A stretch of DNA of 64,000 nt from Prevotella sp. GTDB taxonomy: Bacteria; Bacteroidota; Bacteroidia; Bacteroidales; Bacteroidaceae. The stretch lies in assembly GCA_017651265.1 (NCBI GenBank), contig JAGCDO010000001.1, forward strand, positions 4,442-68,441. Reading direction: 5' to 3'. How positions within the stretch are numbered: the first letter of the stretch is position 1; every line of letters starts with the position of its first letter. This document shows positions 60,216-64,000 of this stretch, one piece after another. A program made the position numbers and the translations under genes. The notes under the pieces were generated by a model, which was not told the origin of the DNA, ran no database searches, and saw only the letters and a list, made by a program, of their open reading frames with translations.

Positions 60216-60736
60216 TGCTTCATCCTCCTCATTAGTTCTGTGAATACTTTCTTTCGTGCTGTAGAGACCATGACGGCGACTGAGGCCTTGGGTATGCCGG
60301 TCTGCTTAGAGACTTCCTCTGCCGAGAGACCTTCAACCGCCCGCATCTCAAAGAGCTGTCGTTCTCGCGGCTTCAACAGGTCGATGGTCTCCGTCAGCAT
60401 CCGTTGTGTTTCTTTCGCCTCCAGCTGCACTTGCGGATCGTGTGGACTAGCTGTCTGATGACGGTCGATAGTCCTATCAGAAAGCGGTTCCTTCGACGGG
60501 TCGGCTACATGCTGCTGTTTCCGATACATGCTCACGCAGCAGTTCTTTGCCACTCGTACAGCCAAGGCTTCAATGTTTCGCTCGGCATCGATATGCTCAC
60601 AGTAGCGCCAGAGCTGGATCATTGCCTCTTGGGCTGCATCCTCAGCATCGTCCTTGGAACCGAAGAAGTCGAGTCCGACTTTCAGTACTCTCTGGCGCAA
60701 CTGCGCGGCGATATGTTCAAATTCTGAGCGTGTCAT
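60212..60736 (-). CDS. ECF-subfamily RNA polymerase sigma-70 factor
   Basis: 174 aa. The sigma-2 region is DAEDAAQEAMIQLW. The sigma-4 HTH region is LKPRERQLFEMRAVEGLSAEEVSKQTGIPKASVAVMVSTARKKV. Confidence 0.85.
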   Translation of the reverse strand: MTRSEFEHIAAQLRQRVLKVGLDFFGSKDDAEDAAQEAMIQLWRYCEHIDAERNIEALAVRVAKNCCVSMYRKQQHVADPSKEPLSDRTIDRHQTASPHDPQVQLEAKETQRMLTETIDLLKPRERQLFEMRAVEGLSAEEVSKQTGIPKASVAVMVSTARKKVFTELMRRMKQ

Positions 60737-60933
60737 ACACCTATAATACGCAGTAAAGTGTATTTTATTAAGTTGGAAACGAAATTTTTTTTCTTTTTGG
60801 TTTCCTTTGGGCAGAATTCTCCCTTATTTCATCTGATCCAACAGGTTTGCCAGTCCTTCAAGATCGCGGGCATCGACATTCAAATCCAGCAGATCGCCGT
60901 CACGGTTGAAGAGTTTGTAGGTGGGAAATGCCC

Positions 60934-63900
60934 TTACTTCCTTTCCGCAGGATTCTGCAACTGGAAGCCCTCCTGGAGATCAGGTTTCTGGAATGAGTAC
61001 TCAATACTCTCCACGATAATAGAATGAGGTACGATGTAACTAATCACCGTATTATAGTCGTAATGCGAATGATTGCTGATGAACTCTTCCTTGGAAGCTG
61101 CCGTCACATGCATGAGGGCACTACGGGAAGGATTCGGAATCTCACTAACTCTGACAATCTCCTCTTTGCCAGTATTCACATCTACGCGAACCAGATACTT
61201 CCAGCAATCCTTCGGTGCTTTAACAATATACGCATGATCAAGACCAGCCTTCTTAGCCTCCTTGAGGAAGATGCGCTTCATTGATGCCTGAGGAACGCAC
61301 TTGTCTATGCCCACATGAATGATACCTGGAGTACACTTTGATACTGGAGAACTGAACAGGAAACGCTCATTACCAGTAGATTCCATAGCACCGATAGCAG
61401 GATGACGCCCCGTGAGAAGAGTCTTCAGGATACCATTCTCGATGATTGGGAGCGACTTCTTAGGAACCACGCCGTCAACATCCACCTTATAGTTTGCCAA
61501 AAGTTTCTGTCCCTTGTACTCAGGAGTATCAGCCCACTGGGAAATACTCATCTTGGTATCAAGAATACGCTTGCCAAGCATCATACTGCTGACGGCACTG
61601 CCCTTTTGCATATCACGAGAGGCGATACAACTTGTCTGAACAACCTGATGCGAGATAGCCTCAACAACAGACTCATCCTCAATCATTATCGGACCTACAT
61701 AGAACTCCTTCACCACCGGAGCGTCTGCCTTCTTCATGAAAAGTTCACAGAACTCCCTAGTACGCTGCTTCAGCTCATCAAGCGAAGGCAACTCATCAAT
61801 ACGCCTTGCAAACACCTCAAACTGATCATGCAGGGTTGAACCGTCACAGGTCGTGATGTTTCCATTTATGTTAAGTTTTATCTCAGGACGCGCAAAACGA
61901 AGTTTCTGTCCTTCGGAAGTAAAGCGGTAGATATCCTTTGTATCCACATTAAAAAGCACATCAGAATCAAATATACGAGGATAATCAGCAAAGATAGCTG
62001 ACAACTCAGCTGCATACCTTATCATCAAAGCTGTATCAATAGGAGTCACGGCACTCTCCTCTATGTATTCACTTGCAGGAAGCTCAAGCATCTCTGGAAT
62101 CTGGAGATCCTCCTCTGGCAGAGGATTCACCTTTCGCATACTGGCCTTAGCTCCCATGTTATTGAGAGCCATCTTGTAACTGCGGTCACTGATAATCCAG
62201 AATCCACGGCGTATCATATCATAGTCAGTCTCGTTTGGAATGCCGAAATTCATTTCATTATTATTCACATCCATCATACTTGTCGTCATCTTGTCGCCAA
62301 GTGACAAATTGACAAAGCCACGATTCTGACTCTTACCATAATTAATGCGGTACACACCACCAAGTGAAGCCGACACATAGGCAATGTTACCATGAATAAA
62401 CCTGTAGTCAACGAAGTAAGGAAGAGGGAGATTGGCTAAGTGCAGACTATCCTTCGTGCGCTTCATCTCATCCTCCATTGCCTTGAAGATAATCTCACCC
62501 GTATCCTTACCAGCATCCCTACCGTATGTCTTGGTATATTCAGGAAGCTTCAGGGCTGGTGCTACCATCTTCTGATTATTGCTACGCTGTGTCTCTACCT
62601 TGGAAACATATATATAAGGTGAGGTGGCAGATATTGGAACCCAGCCAGACTCCGCGCCACAGGAACCTGTAAACGTAGATGGAGTATCACCAGCAGCCGT
62701 GATGTTAGAGAACATTGCCAAAGGTGTACCAATAAGATTAACTCCACGCACAAGTTCGTCCTTACGACCGTCCACATAAATCCTGAACACCTCCACAGGA
62801 GTCACGTTGAAGGCATTGACATTATCAAGAAAAGTAAAACCGCTCGTCACCGTGCGGAAGAAATAGCCATACTCCTTACCTTGCTTTTTTGCCTCCTTGA
62901 TAAGCATCTCGCGAAGCTGAGCCTCGGTATATGGCTGGTTGGTCTCAACAACCAGATTAGATTGTCGTGACACAGGATCATTGCCACCAGCAGCCCTTCC
63001 ATGGCCATTGCTGACTGGGAACCCGTCAATCGGAATGCGACACGTAAGGAAATCCTTCAGCACGCCATTCTCAACATTCTGCACTCGGCGAGCCTTAACT
63101 CCCTCGTCATCATATTTATACGAGCCATTGAGAGCCTGCTTGCCGTAGTAATTCTGCGTAGGGTCACAATACACGCTGAAAGAAGCAGGCAGAACCCTCT
63201 CGCCTACCATGTGCTTAAAGGTCTCACCACCCTTCTTCATGCGATGACTCTCAAGACGATGACCGAAGATCTCATGGAAGAACACACCACTTGCAGAACC
63301 TGAAAGAATAGCAGGACCGGCATAAGGATCGGCAAGAGGAGCATCACGAAGCGCAAGCAGACGATTCACGATATCATGCGCCTTAGCTACAAGCACCTCC
63401 TCGGAAGGAAGTTCAGCCTCACTGAAACCAAAGAAATCCTCATACAGAGGGCATTGCATACCATCGGTAGCAAGAACCATGGCTTGCAGCATAATACGGA
63501 CACAACGGCGGTTCTGCACCACCGATGTGCCATCCGAGTTTACAATATACGTCCTGATTGTCCCAAATTCAATATTTGCAGAACCATCTTCGAGCATACG
63601 GCACTCCTTGAACACGCTGCTCACCTTGTTGAGTTTGTTCTTCCACGCTAAGGTATCTACCATCCATGGCGAGAGAGCAGCCTCATAGTATGACTCAACA
63701 GGAGCATCTGAGAAGCATGGTGACTTATCCTCGAACTGTGCATCCGTCCTTGACTTCGCCACAGCCTCCTCATAGCGTTTCACAGCCGTGCGGTATCTAT
63801 TCATAGAAGCGTACCATATCTCATCACGATACTGGCGCAACGGCCCTCCAGATATAGCCACGCCATTACCTTGAGCACCTCTGTTATTCGCTTGCTCTAT

Positions 63901-64000
63901 GCCCTGGTTCTCAAACTTATAGTTATCGAGTTCCTTGCTGCCTATGCGTATGTTCGGCACAATGAAACGACTATGATCGTCATTTACAGACGCCGAACCA
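60934..64000 (-). CDS. Fused TldD-like plus PmbA-like metallopeptidase; N-terminus beyond the window
   Basis: The frame is open to base 64000. The first half has the TldD-type HEIFGHRLESHR motif. The second half (~470 aa) looks like the paired PmbA-type module. More than 1008 aa lie in one ORF. Confidence 0.7.
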   Translation of the reverse strand, partial: GSASVNDDHSRFIVPNIRIGSKELDNYKFENQGIEQANNRGAQGNGVAISGGPLRQYRDEIWYASMNRYRTAVKRYEEAVAKSRTDAQFEDKSPCFSDAPVESYYEAALSPWMVDTLAWKNKLNKVSSVFKECRMLEDGSANIEFGTIRTYIVNSDGTSVVQNRRCVRIMLQAMVLATDGMQCPLYEDFFGFSEAELPSEEVLVAKAHDIVNRLLALRDAPLADPYAGPAILSGSASGVFFHEIFGHRLESHRMKKGGETFKHMVGERVLPASFSVYCDPTQNYYGKQALNGSYKYDDEGVKARRVQNVENGVLKDFLTCRIPIDGFPVSNGHGRAAGGNDPVSRQSNLVVETNQPYTEAQLREMLIKEAKKQGKEYGYFFRTVTSGFTFLDNVNAFNVTPVEVFRIYVDGRKDELVRGVNLIGTPLAMFSNITAAGDTPSTFTGSCGAESGWVPISATSPYIYVSKVETQRSNNQKMVAPALKLPEYTKTYGRDAGKDTGEIIFKAMEDEMKRTKDSLHLANLPLPYFVDYRFIHGNIAYVSASLGGVYRINYGKSQNRGFVNLSLGDKMTTSMMDVNNNEMNFGIPNETDYDMIRRGFWIISDRSYKMALNNMGAKASMRKVNPLPEEDLQIPEMLELPASEYIEESAVTPIDTALMIRYAAELSAIFADYPRIFDSDVLFNVDTKDIYRFTSEGQKLRFARPEIKLNINGNITTCDGSTLHDQFEVFARRIDELPSLDELKQRTREFCELFMKKADAPVVKEFYVGPIMIEDESVVEAISHQVVQTSCIASRDMQKGSAVSSMMLGKRILDTKMSISQWADTPEYKGQKLLANYKVDVDGVVPKKSLPIIENGILKTLLTGRHPAIGAMESTGNERFLFSSPVSKCTPGIIHVGIDKCVPQASMKRIFLKEAKKAGLDHAYIVKAPKDCWKYLVRVDVNTGKEEIVRVSEIPNPSRSALMHVTAASKEEFISNHSHYDYNTVISYIVPHSIIVESIEYSFQKPDLQEGFQLQNPAERK

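Noticed and set aside
60828-60935. Possible thioredoxin-fold C-terminal remnant (..AFPTYKLFNRDGDLLDLNVDARDLEGLANLLDQMK-stop) downstream of the TldD/PmbA gene.
   Set aside because: Only about 35 residues are present with no start codon and partial overlap with the TldD/PmbA stop region. That is too short to call without a database search.
1-64000. Searched intergenic regions for tRNA, rRNA, tmRNA, transposase, integrase/recombinase and defence-system genes.
   Set aside because: No cloverleaf-like sequence with a GTTCGAATC-type T-arm was found, and no rRNA-like stretches. No ORF showed transposase, recombinase, nuclease or reverse-transcriptase motifs. The mobile-looking elements are all non-autonomous.

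Overview
The window looks like a Bacteroidota chromosome, probably Prevotellaceae. The evidence is T9SS C-terminal sorting tails, a UpxY-type NusG paralog, and eight promoter matches to TTTG-N20-TAnnTTTG. All protein calls come from motif recognition by eye; no database was searched.

Layout:
- 1-5.6 kb: an MscS channel, a four-helix-bundle gene cassette, and a CapD-type dehydratase plus DegT aminotransferase.
- 5.6-6.5 kb: a 930-bp non-coding region built almost entirely from repeats.
- 6.5-34.3 kb: a large Wzx/Wzy-type polysaccharide locus. About 27 kb forms one translationally coupled minus-strand operon with 7 intact glycosyltransferases (an eighth, the interrupted GT2 at 6511-7362, lies just outside the operon on the plus strand), 5 AT3 and 3 hexapeptide acyltransferases, an EpsG-type polymerase and a Wzx flippase.
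- 34.4-64 kb: housekeeping and glycan-use genes (manA, sod, a GHMP sugar kinase plus nucleotidyltransferase, ugd, fmt, PAP2, ClC, tsaC, ROK kinase, LysE, DUF4924, rfbD, prfC, an orphan UpxY, GH3, GH43, an ECF sigma operon, and a TldD/PmbA fusion).

Most interesting candidates:
1. A Dlt-like acylation cassette at the head of the operon (ACP, ketoreductase, KASIII, MBOAT, DltD-like protein). It has no adenylating ligase.
2. A 634-aa protein with HRD/DFG kinase motifs next to Wzx.
3. A HAD, kinase and nucleotidyltransferase trio.
4. An unusually dense set of short repeat elements in the flanking core genome. These include heptamer word arrays that fill intercistronic spacers and sit in-frame inside at least 6 genes (one carries the stop that splits a GT2 gene). 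They also include GC-rich palindromes inserted in-frame in prfC and DUF4924, MITEs with perfect 30-bp terminal inverted repeats, perfect 24-bp inverted repeats bracketing a whole kinase gene, and a promoter flanked by 27/29-bp inverted repeats.

No rRNA, tRNA, CRISPR array, transposase or recombinase gene was seen.
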